A stretch of DNA of 64,000 bases from Candidatus Rariloculaceae bacterium (GTDB lineage Bacteria; Pseudomonadota; Gammaproteobacteria; Steroidobacterales; Rariloculaceae), in NCBI GenBank assembly GCA_045561055.1, contig JBJKYL010000003.1, positions 9,797-73,796 on the forward strand, written 5' to 3'. The notes beneath the pieces were generated by a model. That model worked only from the letters and a program-made list of their open reading frames with translations. It was not told where the DNA came from and searched no databases. Every line of letters starts with the position of its first letter. The stretch's first letter is position 1. Positions 51,753 through 63,122 of the stretch are shown piece by piece. The position numbers and the translations under genes are program-made.

Positions 51753-53006
51753 ATGAGTGAGAAGCATCTAGCAATAAGAAAACAATGGTTATCCGCGTGT
51801 GCTGCGGTCTTAGTCATCAATGGTCTGCAGGTGTTCGTTACAAACTCGACTGTGCATGCACAGGTTGTCGAGGGGCAGGTTGTCGACGCGAACGGAGCGC
51901 CTGCCTACCAAGTCGATCCCTTCTGGCCGAAAACGCTTCCCAACAAGTGGAGCATGCAACAGGTCACCGGGATCGGTGTCGACGACATGGACATCGTCTG
52001 GTTTCTGAATCGTCCGAACGCACCCGATGCCCTCGAGATCATCGCCGAACATGATCCGCGGGCGGTGCTGTGTTGTGTAATCGGCCCCGAGATCATCGCG
52101 CTGGATCAGGACGGCGATGTCGTGCACGCGTGGGACAGACCGCACTATCCCGGCTGGCCGGGCGGGCTCCAGACGGTAATTGCGGACAGCCAGGGTTACG
52201 TCTGGGTTGGTGGTACCAGGCCGCGGGAAAGCATCCAGAAGTTCACTCGCGACGGTGAACTTATATGGGACTTCGGTCATCGTGTGCCGGAAGGCGTACA
52301 GTGGGTCGAGAACAACCAGGAAGTCGACGAATTCGCCCAGAAGGGGCGGTTCCAGATCGACGAGGTCGCCAACGAGATCTACATCATTGACCAGAAGCGC
52401 GTGGTTGTCTTCGATGCCTCGACCGGCGAGTTTAAGCGTGGCTGGGGCGGCCACGGGATGCCGTTAAGTGAGATCACGAACGACCCGATTCCTGGCTACA
52501 AATGGGATGGCGGGCCGCCGCCCGAGGAGCCAAACTTCGTTCCGGCTTTGCACTTCGTTGAGATTTCAAATGACCGGTTGGTCTACATCGGTGAGCGGGG
52601 CCAGAACCGGATTCAGGTGTTTACGACCGATGGTGATTGGCAGCAGGATATTTATGTCAGTCCTGAAACACCGGGCCAACGCGCCTGCGGTAGTGACGAA
52701 AATAAAGAGATTAACGGCGTCGCCTTTATGCCAAACCCTTGCGGCACGATGTACAAAATGGTTATTTCTGTTGATCCGGAGCAGAAGTACCTATTTGTTG
52801 CTGATGCCATGAATAACGTGATCTGGTCCGTCGATCGTCGTAGTGGTGAGACGCTAGGTCACTTCGGTAGCCCTGGTCGATTGGCCGGTCAGCTGAACTT
52901 CCCGAATGCTATTGCTATGGATTCCAAGGGAAATATCTACACCGGAGAAGTTCAAACCGGGAAACGGATTCAGAAGTTCGCGCCTGTGATGGCGGTCGGT
53001 CGATAG
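51753..53006 (+). CDS. exported NHL-repeat beta-propeller protein
   Basis: AAGGGAG Shine-Dalgarno before ATG 51753, then a signal/anchor segment. Repeated NHL-type blocks (RGQNRIQVFTTDG, GQLNFPNAIAMDSKGNIYTGEV..KRIQKF). Confidence 0.75.
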   Translation: MSEKHLAIRKQWLSACAAVLVINGLQVFVTNSTVHAQVVEGQVVDANGAPAYQVDPFWPKTLPNKWSMQQVTGIGVDDMDIVWFLNRPNAPDALEIIAEHDPRAVLCCVIGPEIIALDQDGDVVHAWDRPHYPGWPGGLQTVIADSQGYVWVGGTRPRESIQKFTRDGELIWDFGHRVPEGVQWVENNQEVDEFAQKGRFQIDEVANEIYIIDQKRVVVFDASTGEFKRGWGGHGMPLSEITNDPIPGYKWDGGPPPEEPNFVPALHFVEISNDRLVYIGERGQNRIQVFTTDGDWQQDIYVSPETPGQRACGSDENKEINGVAFMPNPCGTMYKMVISVDPEQKYLFVADAMNNVIWSVDRRSGETLGHFGSPGRLAGQLNFPNAIAMDSKGNIYTGEVQTGKRIQKFAPVMAVGR

Positions 53007-53232
53007 GGTGACAACTGATCTATACTGAAATGGGGTCTCTGAAAAGGCTGACTCAATAGTCATTTTATGCTGAGTTAAAGTGAAAATGTCCTACTGAGTT
53101 TCGCATTCATAGCGGGGTAGGGATTCGCTGAGCGCGAGCCAGTACTGTTCTCGGGTAATGGGTACCGTGAACGCCAGTAGATCTGTGATCGTTATCTCGT
53201 GATCCAAGCGGGTCTGATCCTCGCTCTGAGGT

Positions 53233-53560
53233 GTGCCATTGAAGTCGAAGTATGGGAAGTTAATTCGCGAGGTCTTGACGACTAGTGTGCCTCCCTCTCG
53301 CCTTACAAAACATGGTGGCCAAAAGGCGTTATCCTGCAGCTTTGCTTACGGCCGGCGAGAACGATTCACGCGTTCACGCGCGAAAGATGGCAGCCGCCCT
53401 ACAGAATGCAACGAATGGTGATCCACACGAAGATCCGATCTTGCTTTGGGTTGACCGTTCGGCAGGCCACGGTCACGGGAAACCGCTTGAGAGTCGTGTT
53501 GCAGAGATGGCAGACGAGGTCTCTTTTATGGCCTGGCAGCTCGGTCTCAATGACCGATGA
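53233..53560 (+). pseudogene. C-terminal remnant of an S9 prolyl oligopeptidase
   Basis: YPAALLTAGENDSRV...AAALQ...PILLWVDRSAGHGHGKPL...ADEVSFMAWQLGL matches only the last ~90 aa of POP (the Asp and His triad region). The Ser-nucleophile and propeller parts are absent, and the upstream frames are broken. Confidence 0.55.
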
Positions 53561-53604
53561 GACGCACCTCGATCCGCTATAATGTCTGTCTCGGGCTGTA
53601 GTGA

Positions 53605-53689
<85 letters not shown>

Positions 53690-53750
53690 CAGCGTCAATA
53701 TCGTTGTACTAAACTAGTTAAGGAGTGGCTGAAAGCACCAGCTGAAATTT

Positions 53751-55064
53751 GTGAACGCAATTACTGATAATCCCGTAGACGTGTCGGTTGAGATGCCGGG
53801 CGGCCTAGAGCGCTGTATGACCGTGCGTGTACCGAATACTGAAATCGAGCAGGAGGTTAGTCTGCGGTTGATGCGTGTCGGACGTACGGCAAAGATAAAA
53901 GGATTTCGGCCCGGTAAGATCCCGAGCAAGATTGTCCAGCAGCGTTATGGTGACCAGGTCCGCCAGGAAGTTATTACTGATCTCATCCGCTCAAGTTATT
54001 CGCGCGCCCTTGTTCAAGAAGAGTTGAGGCCGGCTGGCGGTCCTAGTATCGAGCGAGTGAGCGGTGAGGATGATGAACAATTCTCGTTTCGCGCGACATT
54101 CGAAGTTTACCCAGAGATTACGCTGTCGTCTTTGGAGACGATTTCAATCGAGAAACCTAGCGTTGAGATCACCGATGCCGACACGGAGGAGATGCTGGAG
54201 CGCCTGCGCGATCAGCGTGCGACCTGGAAAACCGTTCAGCGTAAATCTAGTAGCGGTGATCGGGTTGTTGTGGATTTCTCTGGGAAGATAGGTAAGGAGG
54301 CATTTGAGGGTGGTGAGGGTAAGGATGTGCCGATCGTAGTTGGAGAAGGTCAGGTCATCGAAGACCTCGACAAGGCATTGTATGAGTTAACTGCCGATCA
54401 GTCGAAGAGTGCTAAGGTGAAATTTCCGAAGGATTATCCGGTAGATACGTTAGCAGGTAAAAAAGCCGTCTTCGACATAAAGGTGCAGCGTGTCGAGGAA
54501 AAAGAACTGCCGGAGATTGACGATGAGTTTCTGCAAGTATTTGGGATTTCTGAAGGTGGGATAGAAGCTCTAAAAGGCCAGCTTCGAAGCAACATGGAAC
54601 GTGAGCTAGAGCAGCGATCGCGGACGGAAATTCGCCGGCGTGCATTCGATGGATTGCTGTCAGCAAACCAAATAGACGTTCCCAAGGTGCTGATAGACAA
54701 TGAGATATCTTCCATGCAGGCAAATGCGATGCGGCAGTTGAACATCGAAGACCCTGAAAAGGCGCCGCCTAGGGAGAATTTTACGGAGCCGGCTCAGCGT
54801 CGTGCTGCCCTTGGCTTGCTCGTGCAGGAACTTATTCAGGCGAATGAGATTGAGCTCGATAGGTCTCGTTTAAATGAACGATTGACGGAACTGGTTTCGC
54901 AGCATGATAAGCCTGAGGAAGCGGCTCGACTTTATCGAAGTAATCAGGATCTAATGGCTCAACTTGAAGCCGGTATTTTAGAGGAACAGGTGGTGGATTT
55001 TATTCTCGAAAACGCTAAGACTGCGGAGAAATCCATAAACTTTAAAGAATTTATGGCAGTTTAA
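53751..55064 (+). CDS. tig: trigger factor
   Basis: 437 aa. GFRPGKIP ribosome-binding motif, a central FKBP domain, and a tig-clpP-clpX-lon context. GTG start. Confidence 0.95.
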   Translation: MNAITDNPVDVSVEMPGGLERCMTVRVPNTEIEQEVSLRLMRVGRTAKIKGFRPGKIPSKIVQQRYGDQVRQEVITDLIRSSYSRALVQEELRPAGGPSIERVSGEDDEQFSFRATFEVYPEITLSSLETISIEKPSVEITDADTEEMLERLRDQRATWKTVQRKSSSGDRVVVDFSGKIGKEAFEGGEGKDVPIVVGEGQVIEDLDKALYELTADQSKSAKVKFPKDYPVDTLAGKKAVFDIKVQRVEEKELPEIDDEFLQVFGISEGGIEALKGQLRSNMERELEQRSRTEIRRRAFDGLLSANQIDVPKVLIDNEISSMQANAMRQLNIEDPEKAPPRENFTEPAQRRAALGLLVQELIQANEIELDRSRLNERLTELVSQHDKPEEAARLYRSNQDLMAQLEAGILEEQVVDFILENAKTAEKSINFKEFMAV

Positions 55065-55101
55065 CTGTAACGCCATAGACGATTATGAGAGGAGTGAGAC
55101 A

Positions 55102-55722
55102 GTGAGCGTCAACGGATTGAATCTAGTGCCTATGGTGGTAGAGCAAACATCGCGCGGGGAACGTGCCTTCGATATTTACTCGAGGCTTTTAAAGGATCGT
55201 GTCGTTTTTATCGTTGGGGGTATTGACGACATCGTAGCGAATGTTGTGGTTGCGCAGTTGCTATATCTGGAGTCGGAGAATCCAGATAAGGATATCCATC
55301 TCTATATTAACTCTCCCGGGGGTGTCGTAACTTCGGGCTTGTCTATATACGATACGATGCAGTTCATTAAACCCGACGTGAGCACTATATGCGTCGGTCA
55401 GGCTGCAAGTATGGGTTCCCTTTTACTCGCTGGGGGTGCGAAAGGTAAGCGTTATTGTTTACCTCACTCGCGGATAATGATTCATCAGCCAAGCGGCGGT
55501 TTCCAGGGGCAGGCATCGGATATCGATATTCAGGCGCGTGAAGTATTGAAGCTTAAAGCACGTCTTAACGATATTCTGGCAAGACATACAGGCCAGGCGC
55601 TGGAAACCATCGCCCGCGATAGTGACCGCGATAATTTCATGGACGGGAAAACTGCTGCCGAATACGGCTTAATCGATACGGTACTTGATAGGCGTATTGA
55701 TAGTCAAGATAATATCTTATGA
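55102..55722 (+). CDS. clpP: ATP-dependent Clp protease proteolytic subunit
   Basis: Motifs [30 protein letters not shown] (catalytic Ser) and MIHQP. Confidence 0.97.
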   Translation: MSVNGLNLVPMVVEQTSRGERAFDIYSRLLKDRVVFIVGGIDDIVANVVVAQLLYLESENPDKDIHLYINSPGGVVTSGLSIYDTMQFIKPDVSTICVGQAASMGSLLLAGGAKGKRYCLPHSRIMIHQPSGGFQGQASDIDIQAREVLKLKARLNDILARHTGQALETIARDSDRDNFMDGKTAAEYGLIDTVLDRRIDSQDNIL

Positions 55723-55855
55723 TTCATATGGTTATAAATTATAACCCTAACTTGGGTTAAGATATTAGAAACTACCAGGTAGGTCTTGGCATAGCTATTA
55801 GACAAATGCTATAAGGCTAAATTTACTTTCTAATATGTAGGTGAGCAGGTCAAGT

Positions 55856-57145
55856 ATGAGCGAAGATTCCCGTGGCAAACCGGAAGATGGCAAGCTTCTG
55901 TACTGTTCGTTTTGTGGAAAGAGCCAACATGAGGTTCGCAAGCTTATTGCGGGTCCGTCGGTATTCGTCTGTGACGAGTGCGTAGAGCTTTGTAACGATA
56001 TTATTAGTGAAGAACTTGATGATCGTACGGATAGCGGGGGCGAAAAACTTCCGAAACCTCATGAGATCAAGGCGGTTCTCGACGAATATGTAATCGGCCA
56101 ACAGGGCGCAAAGAAAGTGCTGGCGGTTGCGGTGTATAACCACTATAAGCGCTTGGAAACGCGTACTGGGGAACGTGGTAAGGATGATATCGAGCTCGCT
56201 AAGAGTAACATCCTCCTCATTGGGCCAACTGGTTGTGGTAAAACTTTGCTCGCGGAGACGTTAGCGCGGCTCCTGAATGTGCCTTTCACTATTGCAGATG
56301 CGACGACATTGACCGAGGCTGGTTATGTCGGTGAAGACGTCGAAAATATCATTCAGAAACTTCTTCAGAAGTGCGATTATGATGTGGATAGGGCCCAGAC
56401 CGGGATTGTGTACATTGACGAGATCGATAAAATTTCACGCAAGTCTGATAATCCTTCGATCACGCGTGACGTTTCAGGTGAGGGCGTGCAGCAGGCTCTG
56501 CTTAAGCTTATAGAGGGCACAGTCGCTTCGGTACCTCCTCAGGGTGGCCGCAAGCACCCGCAGCAGGAATTCCTACAGGTAGATACTGCCAATATCCTTT
56601 TTATCTGTGGTGGCGCATTTTCCGGGCTCGATAAGATTATTTTGAATCGTTCATCGAAAAGCGGAATCGGCTTTGTCGCAGATGTGAAGGGTCATGATAG
56701 TGATGAATATTTGGGCGAACTTTTGAAAGAGGTCGAGCCTGGAGATTTGATCAAGTATGGTCTCATTCCCGAGTTTGTCGGTCGTTTGCCAGTTGTGGCA
56801 ACGTTAGAGGAACTGGACGAGGACGCACTGGTAAAAATTCTCGTTGAGCCTAAAAACGCTTTGACCAAGCAGTATAAGAAACTCTTTGACATGGAGGGTG
56901 CTGAACTGGAACTGCGTGAAGATGCGCTTCGGGCTGTTGCGAGACGGGCTATGGCACGTAAGACTGGGGCTCGAGGCTTAAGAACCATACTCGAGAACGT
57001 TCTACTAGATACAATGTACGATCTGCCTTCTATGACGAACGCGACAAAGATCGTTGTGGATGAGACTACCGTAACAGGGGAAACTGAGCCTTACATTATT
57101 TATTCGACGGAAGAGCCCGCGGCCGTGGGAGATGATCGTCACTGA
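55856..57145 (+). CDS. clpX: ATP-dependent Clp protease ATP-binding subunit ClpX
   Basis: Zinc-binding N-terminus [14 protein letters not shown]...CDECV and Walker [12 protein letters not shown] 55856 fits the family N-terminus; the track start is GTG 55841. Confidence 0.97.
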   Translation: MSEDSRGKPEDGKLLYCSFCGKSQHEVRKLIAGPSVFVCDECVELCNDIISEELDDRTDSGGEKLPKPHEIKAVLDEYVIGQQGAKKVLAVAVYNHYKRLETRTGERGKDDIELAKSNILLIGPTGCGKTLLAETLARLLNVPFTIADATTLTEAGYVGEDVENIIQKLLQKCDYDVDRAQTGIVYIDEIDKISRKSDNPSITRDVSGEGVQQALLKLIEGTVASVPPQGGRKHPQQEFLQVDTANILFICGGAFSGLDKIILNRSSKSGIGFVADVKGHDSDEYLGELLKEVEPGDLIKYGLIPEFVGRLPVVATLEELDEDALVKILVEPKNALTKQYKKLFDMEGAELELREDALRAVARRAMARKTGARGLRTILENVLLDTMYDLPSMTNATKIVVDETTVTGETEPYIIYSTEEPAAVGDDRH

Positions 57146-57175
57146 GAATCTTTATCGGAAAGTGTTTTTTTAAAG

Positions 57176-57204
57176 CTTGAGATTTTGTGAGATGCCCCCA
57201 CGTA
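57176..57204 (+). promoter_or_regulatory. candidate sigma32 heat-shock promoter of lon
   Basis: CTTGAG (57176-57181), a 14-nt spacer, then CCCCACGTA (57196-57204). The remembered consensus is CTTGAA-N13-15-CCCCATNTA. Confidence 0.5.
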
Positions 57205-57250
57205 GGGTTTAGGTCCTCCGATCGGAGGCTATCGGTTAGGGGTTTACAGA

Positions 57251-59674
57251 GTGGACGCAGATAATCCAGCGACGGAAAGTCAAGAAAGATTACCTATACT
57301 GCCTCTACGCGACGTGGTGGTGTTCCCGCACATGGTTATTCCGCTTTTCGTAGGCCGGGAGAAATCTGTCGCGGCATTAGATTTGGCGATGTCCGCTGGA
57401 AAAGAGATCTTCCTAGTTCCTCAGACGAAGGCCGATATTGATGATCCTGGCGAAAAGGATATTTACGAGATTGGGACGATTGCGACAATCTTGCAATTGC
57501 TAAAGCTCCCGGACGGTACTGTCAAGGTGCTGGTCGAAGGCGTGCGGCGTGCACGAATCCGAAATTTAGAGATTGCCGAGTGTTTTTCGGCAGAGTCTAA
57601 AGATCTAGTAGAGAAGGCTGATTGTGACGAGCGGGAGATGGAAGTGTTGATGAGGTCCGTCATCTCGCGGTTCGAGCAGTATGTAAAGCTACACAAAAAA
57701 ATTCCGCCCGAAATTCTTACCTCTTTGGCTGGGATTGAACAGCCAGGAAGGTTGGCTGATACCGTTGCCGCTAATATGGCTTTGAAACTGTCGGACAAAC
57801 AGAAAATTCTCGAGATGACCGACGTGCAGCCCCGCCTTGAACACGTTCTGGGCTTGGTAGACGGTGAGATCGATGTCCTTCGAATGGAAAAGCGTATTCG
57901 TGGGCGTGTAAAACAGCAGATGGAGAAGAGCCAGCATGAGTACTATCTGAACGAGCAAATGAAAGCTATTCAGAAAGAGCTTGGTGATTTAGAGGATGCA
58001 CCGAACGATCTCGCTGACCTTGAGAATAAAATTAAGACGATTGGGATGAGCAAGGAGTGTAAAGAGAAAGCAATCTCAGAGATAAACAAGCTGAAACTCA
58101 TGTCGCCGATGTCGGCGGAAGCCACCGTGGTGAGAAACTACGTCGATTGGCTCGTAAAAGTTCCGTGGAAGAAGCGAACTAAAGTTTTGAAAAATTTGGA
58201 GGAAGCGGAACAGGTTCTTGAGGAAGATCATTACGGACTCGAGAAAGTCAAAGAGCGAATTCTCGAGTATCTTGCGGTGCAGCAGCGCGTCAAGAAACTT
58301 AAGGGCCCCATACTTTGCCTTGTCGGTCCGCCGGGCGTAGGCAAGACCTCGTTGGGACAGAGCGTTGCGCGAGCAACGAATCGTAAATTCATTCGTATGT
58401 CGCTGGGAGGCGTTCGGGATGAAGCTGAGATTCGGGGTCACAGGCGGACCTATATCGGCTCTATGCCCGGTAAGATTGTTCAGAATATGAGCAAGGTAAA
58501 AGTTCGCAATCCTCTTTTTTTATTAGACGAGGTTGACAAGATGTCGATGGATTTCCGTGGCGATCCGTCATCTGCGTTATTGGAAGTGCTCGACCCGGAG
58601 CAGAACTCTACTTTTGCGGATCATTATTTGGAAGTCGATTTCGATCTATCTGAGGTTATGTTCATCTGTACCGCGAATAGTTTAAATATACCTCCACCAT
58701 TGCTCGATCGCATGGAGGTCATTCGTTTGCCTGGTTACACAGAGCATGAAAAACTTAATATCGCTAAGCGCTATCTGATTCCGAAGCAGGTTAAGCATAA
58801 TGGTATAGAGGACGGTGAGCTACGGATTTCGGACTCAGCCATAATGGATTCGATTCGTTACTATACGCGTGAGGCTGGAGTTCGGAATCTCGAGCGGGAA
58901 ATCGCAAATATTTGTCGTAAAGTAGTTAAGAAACTTCTTCTAAAACCGCGTAAAAGCATGGTGCGCGTGACACATCAAAATTTAAACAATTTTCTTGGTG
59001 TCCAGCGTCATCGCTATGGTCGTGCCGATGACAGCGATAAGATCGGACAGGTAACTGGCTTAGCCTGGACCGAAGTTGGTGGTGAGTTACTCACAATCGA
59101 GGGTGAGATTGTGCCAGGCAAGGGGAAGCTCATCCATACAGGACAGCTCGGTGATGTGATGAAGGAATCTATCCAGGCTGCGATGACAGTCGTGAGAAGC
59201 CGTGCTGCCGTGCTTGGAATCGCTGAGGATTTTTATCAAAATACCGATGTGCATATCCATGTACCCGAAGGTTCTACACCGAAAGATGGGCCTTCTGCGG
59301 GGATAGGAATGTGCGCAGCATTAGTGTCTGCGCTGACCGAGATTCCAGTGCGTTCAGATGTTGCGATGACGGGTGAGATCACTTTACGAGGTGAAGTGTT
59401 GCCAATCGGTGGTCTTAGAGAGAAGTTGCTCGCTGCACATAGAGGTGGAATCGATACTGTGTTGATTCCTGCCGATAACGAAAAAGATCTGGTAGAAATA
59501 CCGAAGAACATCAAGGACAAGCTGACAATTCTTCCGGTCAAATGGATAGATGAAGTTTTAGAATTCTCACTACAGTGCATGCCTTCTCCTGCTGCTGAGG
59601 TGGAATCCGGGAGCACTCAGCATGAGGTCGAATCAGAGGATTCTAAGAAGAGCGAGGCCGTGCTGCCTCACTAG
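57251..59674 (+). CDS. lon: Lon protease
   Basis: 807 aa. LON N-domain, Walker [10 protein letters not shown], and the protease motif PKDGPSAGI with catalytic Ser. Confidence 0.97.
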   Translation: MDADNPATESQERLPILPLRDVVVFPHMVIPLFVGREKSVAALDLAMSAGKEIFLVPQTKADIDDPGEKDIYEIGTIATILQLLKLPDGTVKVLVEGVRRARIRNLEIAECFSAESKDLVEKADCDEREMEVLMRSVISRFEQYVKLHKKIPPEILTSLAGIEQPGRLADTVAANMALKLSDKQKILEMTDVQPRLEHVLGLVDGEIDVLRMEKRIRGRVKQQMEKSQHEYYLNEQMKAIQKELGDLEDAPNDLADLENKIKTIGMSKECKEKAISEINKLKLMSPMSAEATVVRNYVDWLVKVPWKKRTKVLKNLEEAEQVLEEDHYGLEKVKERILEYLAVQQRVKKLKGPILCLVGPPGVGKTSLGQSVARATNRKFIRMSLGGVRDEAEIRGHRRTYIGSMPGKIVQNMSKVKVRNPLFLLDEVDKMSMDFRGDPSSALLEVLDPEQNSTFADHYLEVDFDLSEVMFICTANSLNIPPPLLDRMEVIRLPGYTEHEKLNIAKRYLIPKQVKHNGIEDGELRISDSAIMDSIRYYTREAGVRNLEREIANICRKVVKKLLLKPRKSMVRVTHQNLNNFLGVQRHRYGRADDSDKIGQVTGLAWTEVGGELLTIEGEIVPGKGKLIHTGQLGDVMKESIQAAMTVVRSRAAVLGIAEDFYQNTDVHIHVPEGSTPKDGPSAGIGMCAALVSALTEIPVRSDVAMTGEITLRGEVLPIGGLREKLLAAHRGGIDTVLIPADNEKDLVEIPKNIKDKLTILPVKWIDEVLEFSLQCMPSPAAEVESGSTQHEVESEDSKKSEAVLPH

Positions 59675-59690
59675 TTCAGCAACTCTTAAT

Positions 59691-59720
59691 TTGACACCGT
59701 AAAATACGCCTTGGTATAAG
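59691..59720 (+). promoter_or_regulatory. candidate sigma70 promoter of hupB
   Basis: TTGACA (59691-59696), an 18-nt spacer, then TATAAG (59715-59720) preceded by TG (extended -10). Confidence 0.45.
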
Positions 59721-59854
59721 AAGCCCGGTCTAGAGGTTTCCTTTCGTTCGGTTGAGTTAGGCGACACGGCTTGAATACTTCTAGCAATATATTAGTTGGG
59801 CGGGCGTCATCCGATGTCTTAGTATTGTTAAGTTAACTTGCAAAAGGTAATAGA

Positions 59855-60127
59855 ATGAACAAAGCGGAACTCGTCGATTCAGTAGCAAGCAGTGCTAACC
59901 TTTCCAAAGCTGATGCGGGTCGTGCCGTAGATGCTATGCTCAGTAGCATTTCGGGATCTTTGAGCAATGGTCAGCAGGTCGCAATTGTTGGATTCGGAAC
60001 ATTTAGCGTGAAACATCGTGCGGCACGCGCGGGACGCAACCCGAGAACGGGCGAATCAATTCAAATTGCTGCTAGTAATGTGCCTGGGTTTAAAGCTGGT
60101 AAGGCTTTAAAAGAAGCCGTAAACTAG
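59855..60127 (+). CDS. hupB: DNA-binding protein HU-beta
   Basis: 90 aa. MNKAELVD start and [15 protein letters not shown] arm motif. Located downstream of lon. Confidence 0.95.
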   Translation: MNKAELVDSVASSANLSKADAGRAVDAMLSSISGSLSNGQQVAIVGFGTFSVKHRAARAGRNPRTGESIQIAASNVPGFKAGKALKEAVN

Positions 60128-60144
60128 TCGGCTCTTTCCCAGGG

Positions 60145-60220
60145 GGGTGCTTAGCTCAGCTGGGAGAGCGTCGCCTTTACACGGCGAAGGTCGGGGGTTC
60201 GATCCCCTCAGCACCCACCA
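60145..60220 (+). tRNA. tRNA-Val (anticodon TAC)
   Basis: GGGTGCT...AGCACCC-A-CCA. Anticodon stem-loop TCGCC-TTTACAC-GGCGA. Confidence 0.9.
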
Positions 60221-60233
60221 AGAAACTAGAGCC

Positions 60234-60310
60234 GGAGTGGTAGTTCAGCTGGTTAGAATACCGGCCTGTCACGCCGGGGGTCGCGGGTTCGAGTCCCGTC
60301 CACTCCGCCA
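60234..60310 (+). tRNA. tRNA-Asp (anticodon GTC)
   Basis: GGAGTGG...CCACTCC-G-CCA. Anticodon stem-loop CCGGC-CTGTCAC-GCCGG. Confidence 0.9.
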
Positions 60311-60317
60311 TATAGAC

Positions 60318-60359
60318 GGGGCAGATTTATTTTCTTGTGAAGATAGGTCTGCCCTTTTT
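60318..60359 (+). terminator. candidate intrinsic terminator after the tRNA-Val/Asp pair
   Basis: GGGCAGA pairs with TCTGCCC (7 bp), with an inner TCTT/AAGA helix, followed by TTTTT. Confidence 0.45.
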
Positions 60360-60396
60360 CTTGGCTCTGACAGGTCGTTAGCGAAGTAGAAGTATC

Positions 60397-62289
60397 ATGT
60401 TGCAAGCAATGCGTGAAGGTGTAGGTCGATGGGTTGCAGTCGTTATTCTTGGACTGCTGTCAGTCGCGTTTATTTTCTGGGGGGTAGACTTCACTTTGAC
60501 GGGCTCACCTTTCGCTGCGAAAGTTAACGGTACCGACATTCCAATTCTCGAGTTCGAGCGGGGTTTGCAGGCGCAACAGGCCGAATATCAGGAGCTCTAC
60601 AGAACAGAAATTACGGATGATCTACAGCGTGAACTTCGACTCGCGGTTTTGGAACAGCTGATCCGAAATGAAGCGCTGTTACAGAACGTTGAGTCTGCCG
60701 GTTACCGGGTATCCGATGAGCGTTTGATCAGTTCTATCCGGGAGCGGCCGGAGTTTCAGATTGGCGATGAGTTTTCCATCGATGTATACCGTGCGACGCT
60801 TCTGAATCTCGGCATGGCTCAGCCTACGTTCGAGGCGATGCAGCGAGAGAATCTCTCTCTTCTGGAATTGCAGGGTGGAATAATGACGTCGGGATTCTAT
60901 ACCGAAGAGGAATATACCCGTTACGTTGAGCTTTATAACCAACGGCGTGAGATCGCTTATGCGTTGTTTTCGGTAGACGATTTTCTGGCTGAAGCGATTG
61001 TCGAAGAAGAGGCTGTTTTGTCTCATTATGAGGCAAACCAAGCCGCTTATTACAGCGATGAGAGCGTCAATCTCGAATATATCGAAATTCTAGGCGCTGA
61101 TCTCGCTGCCGATGTTGAATTAACGGAAGAAGATATCGCTGCTTACTACGAGGATGAGCGTTACCGCTTTCAGACTGAGGAGGAACGGCGTGCTGCCCAC
61201 ATTCTTATTGATAAGGATACCGGGGATCCTGGTGCGGTTGTCGCTGCGATACTCGACCGATTAAATGATGGTGAGGAATTTTCGGCACTGGCTGAGGAAT
61301 TTTCCGAAGACGCTGGTACGATGGGTCAGGGTGGTGATCTTGGTTGGGTGAGCAGGGGGCTTTTGGTTGGTCCGTTCGAGGACGCACTGTTCTCGATGGT
61401 TGTCGGTGATATAGAGGGACCGGTTGAGACAGATTTTGGTTATCACATCATTCGCTTGGATGAGATCAGGGCGGAGGAGCTCCAGACACTGGAGGACGTG
61501 CGAGATGAACTTGTTCTCGATATGCAGGCACAGCGTTCCGAGCAATTGTTCTACGATCGCGCCAGTCAGCTAGCGGATCTGTCGTTCGAAGCCTTCGATG
61601 AGCTCGCTACTGTAGCAACTCAGATGGACGTGCCGTTACAAACGTTCGAAGGCTTTACGCGAAATGGTACCTCAAGTCCTTTTCTACTGAGCACGCCGGT
61701 AGTTCAGGCTGCCTATAGCTTCGAGGTTCTAGAACAGCGTGAAAATAGTCTTCCGATTGAGCTTAGCCCGGATCATGTGCTGGTTGTCCGCGTCACAGAC
61801 CATCAGGTGCCAGCAGAGCAATCTTTGGAAATCGTTCGCGAGGAAGTAGAACAAGAGTTGCTGCGTGTTGAGGCACGGCGGCTAGCGGAAGTGGCGTCGG
61901 CAGCTTTTCTTTCGGCGACTCCCCGAGCGGAAGATCTTGAGGTTTTGGCTTCCGAGAATGGTGGTACGTGGGTGCCGCCAGCCTTCGTCGAGCGTACGAA
62001 TGCAGATATTCCGACACAGGTGCTCGCGAGTGCATTTCGTTCGCCTAAGCCTTTGCCGGGCTCGGTGATCAGAGAGCTCGTTTCGCTTGCGAGCGGTGAT
62101 CAGGCTGTATTGTTACTGTATACCGTGGAGCTTGGGCTCGTGGATACGATTTCTCGCGAAGAACGTGACCTGCAGATCAGACAATTGGCAGAGCAGGCGA
62201 CTATGTTTGAAATCACGGGATACGCTTCCCAGGTTCGTGAGGAAGCGACGGTTCGTATTCCCGATATCGTATTGGACCCTGTTTTCTGA
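60397..62289 (+). CDS. ppiD: periplasmic chaperone PpiD (SurA-N plus parvulin domain)
   Basis: 630 aa. N-terminal TM anchor, parvulin block AAHILI...GGDLGWV...FGYHIIRL, and the hupB-ppiD position. Confidence 0.9.
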   Translation: MLQAMREGVGRWVAVVILGLLSVAFIFWGVDFTLTGSPFAAKVNGTDIPILEFERGLQAQQAEYQELYRTEITDDLQRELRLAVLEQLIRNEALLQNVESAGYRVSDERLISSIRERPEFQIGDEFSIDVYRATLLNLGMAQPTFEAMQRENLSLLELQGGIMTSGFYTEEEYTRYVELYNQRREIAYALFSVDDFLAEAIVEEEAVLSHYEANQAAYYSDESVNLEYIEILGADLAADVELTEEDIAAYYEDERYRFQTEEERRAAHILIDKDTGDPGAVVAAILDRLNDGEEFSALAEEFSEDAGTMGQGGDLGWVSRGLLVGPFEDALFSMVVGDIEGPVETDFGYHIIRLDEIRAEELQTLEDVRDELVLDMQAQRSEQLFYDRASQLADLSFEAFDELATVATQMDVPLQTFEGFTRNGTSSPFLLSTPVVQAAYSFEVLEQRENSLPIELSPDHVLVVRVTDHQVPAEQSLEIVREEVEQELLRVEARRLAEVASAAFLSATPRAEDLEVLASENGGTWVPPAFVERTNADIPTQVLASAFRSPKPLPGSVIRELVSLASGDQAVLLLYTVELGLVDTISREERDLQIRQLAEQATMFEITGYASQVREEATVRIPDIVLDPVF

Positions 62290-62329
62290 TTTGCAAAACG
62301 CGTTGATGCCTGAATTTGTCTGGTTTCGG

Positions 62330-63112
62330 TTAGTTGAGTTGCATTCCCACGATACTATAGCCTGCGTCGACGTATACCACTTGTCCCGTTATTCCAGCGG
62401 CAAGATCAGAGCACAGGAATGCGGCTGAGTTTCCGACGTCCTCGATAGTTACATTGCGTTTCAGCGGAGTCGTTTCCGCAACGGTAGAGAGCATCTGCCG
62501 CATTCCTTTAATTCCAGCGGAAGCCAAGGTCTTAATAGGGCCAGCTGAGATAGCATTAACGCGAGTTCCCTCCGCGCCGAGATCGTAGGCCAGGAAGCGA
62601 GTGTTAGCTTCTAGGCTAGCCTTCGCTAGTCCCATAACGTTATAGCTCGGTAGCGCCCGCGCTGCGCCAAGGTAGCTAAGCGTAAGCATCGCACCTTGAC
62701 GATTAGACATAAGTGGTTGTGCAGCTTTCGCCAGTGCAGCGAAACTGTAGCTTGAAACGTCGTGTGCGATACGAAAGCCTTCCCGGCTGATAGAGTCGAT
62801 ATAGCGACCCTCCAGTTGATCGGCCGGTGCGTATGCGACCGAGTGGACCAGTATGTCGAACCCGTCCCAGTGGGTGGAAATTCCATCGATGAATGCTTCG
62901 ATTTGACTGTCGCTGGTTACGTCAAGAGGTAGCGATATATCGCTATCGAGCTCGGCAGCCATCTTCTGTACGCGCCCTTGGAGTTTTTCTCCCTGATAGT
63001 TGAACGCGAGATCAGCGCCTTGTTTTTTCAGTGCTTTGGCAATCCCCCATGCAATAGACCGATTGCTTGCTAGTCCAACTATAACTGCTCGTTTTCCAGT
63101 TAGAAATCCCAT
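62330..63112 (-). CDS. fabI: enoyl-ACP reductase (NADH), FabI
   Basis: 260 aa. [25 protein letters not shown]-terminus and the Y..M..AK catalytic pattern ([13 protein letters not shown]). Confidence 0.95.
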   Translation of the reverse strand: MGFLTGKRAVIVGLASNRSIAWGIAKALKKQGADLAFNYQGEKLQGRVQKMAAELDSDISLPLDVTSDSQIEAFIDGISTHWDGFDILVHSVAYAPADQLEGRYIDSISREGFRIAHDVSSYSFAALAKAAQPLMSNRQGAMLTLSYLGAARALPSYNVMGLAKASLEANTRFLAYDLGAEGTRVNAISAGPIKTLASAGIKGMRQMLSTVAETTPLKRNVTIEDVGNSAAFLCSDLAAGITGQVVYVDAGYSIVGMQLN

Positions 63113-63122
63113 TTTCTATCCT

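Noticed and set aside
55730-55746. AT-rich 8-1-8 palindrome GGTTATAA-A-TTATAACC just after clpP, with an adjacent AACCC-N6-GGGTT
   Set aside because: The stem is short, AT-rich and of low stability, and no U-tract follows. It could be a weak attenuator between clpP and clpX, but the evidence is insufficient to call it a terminator or operator.
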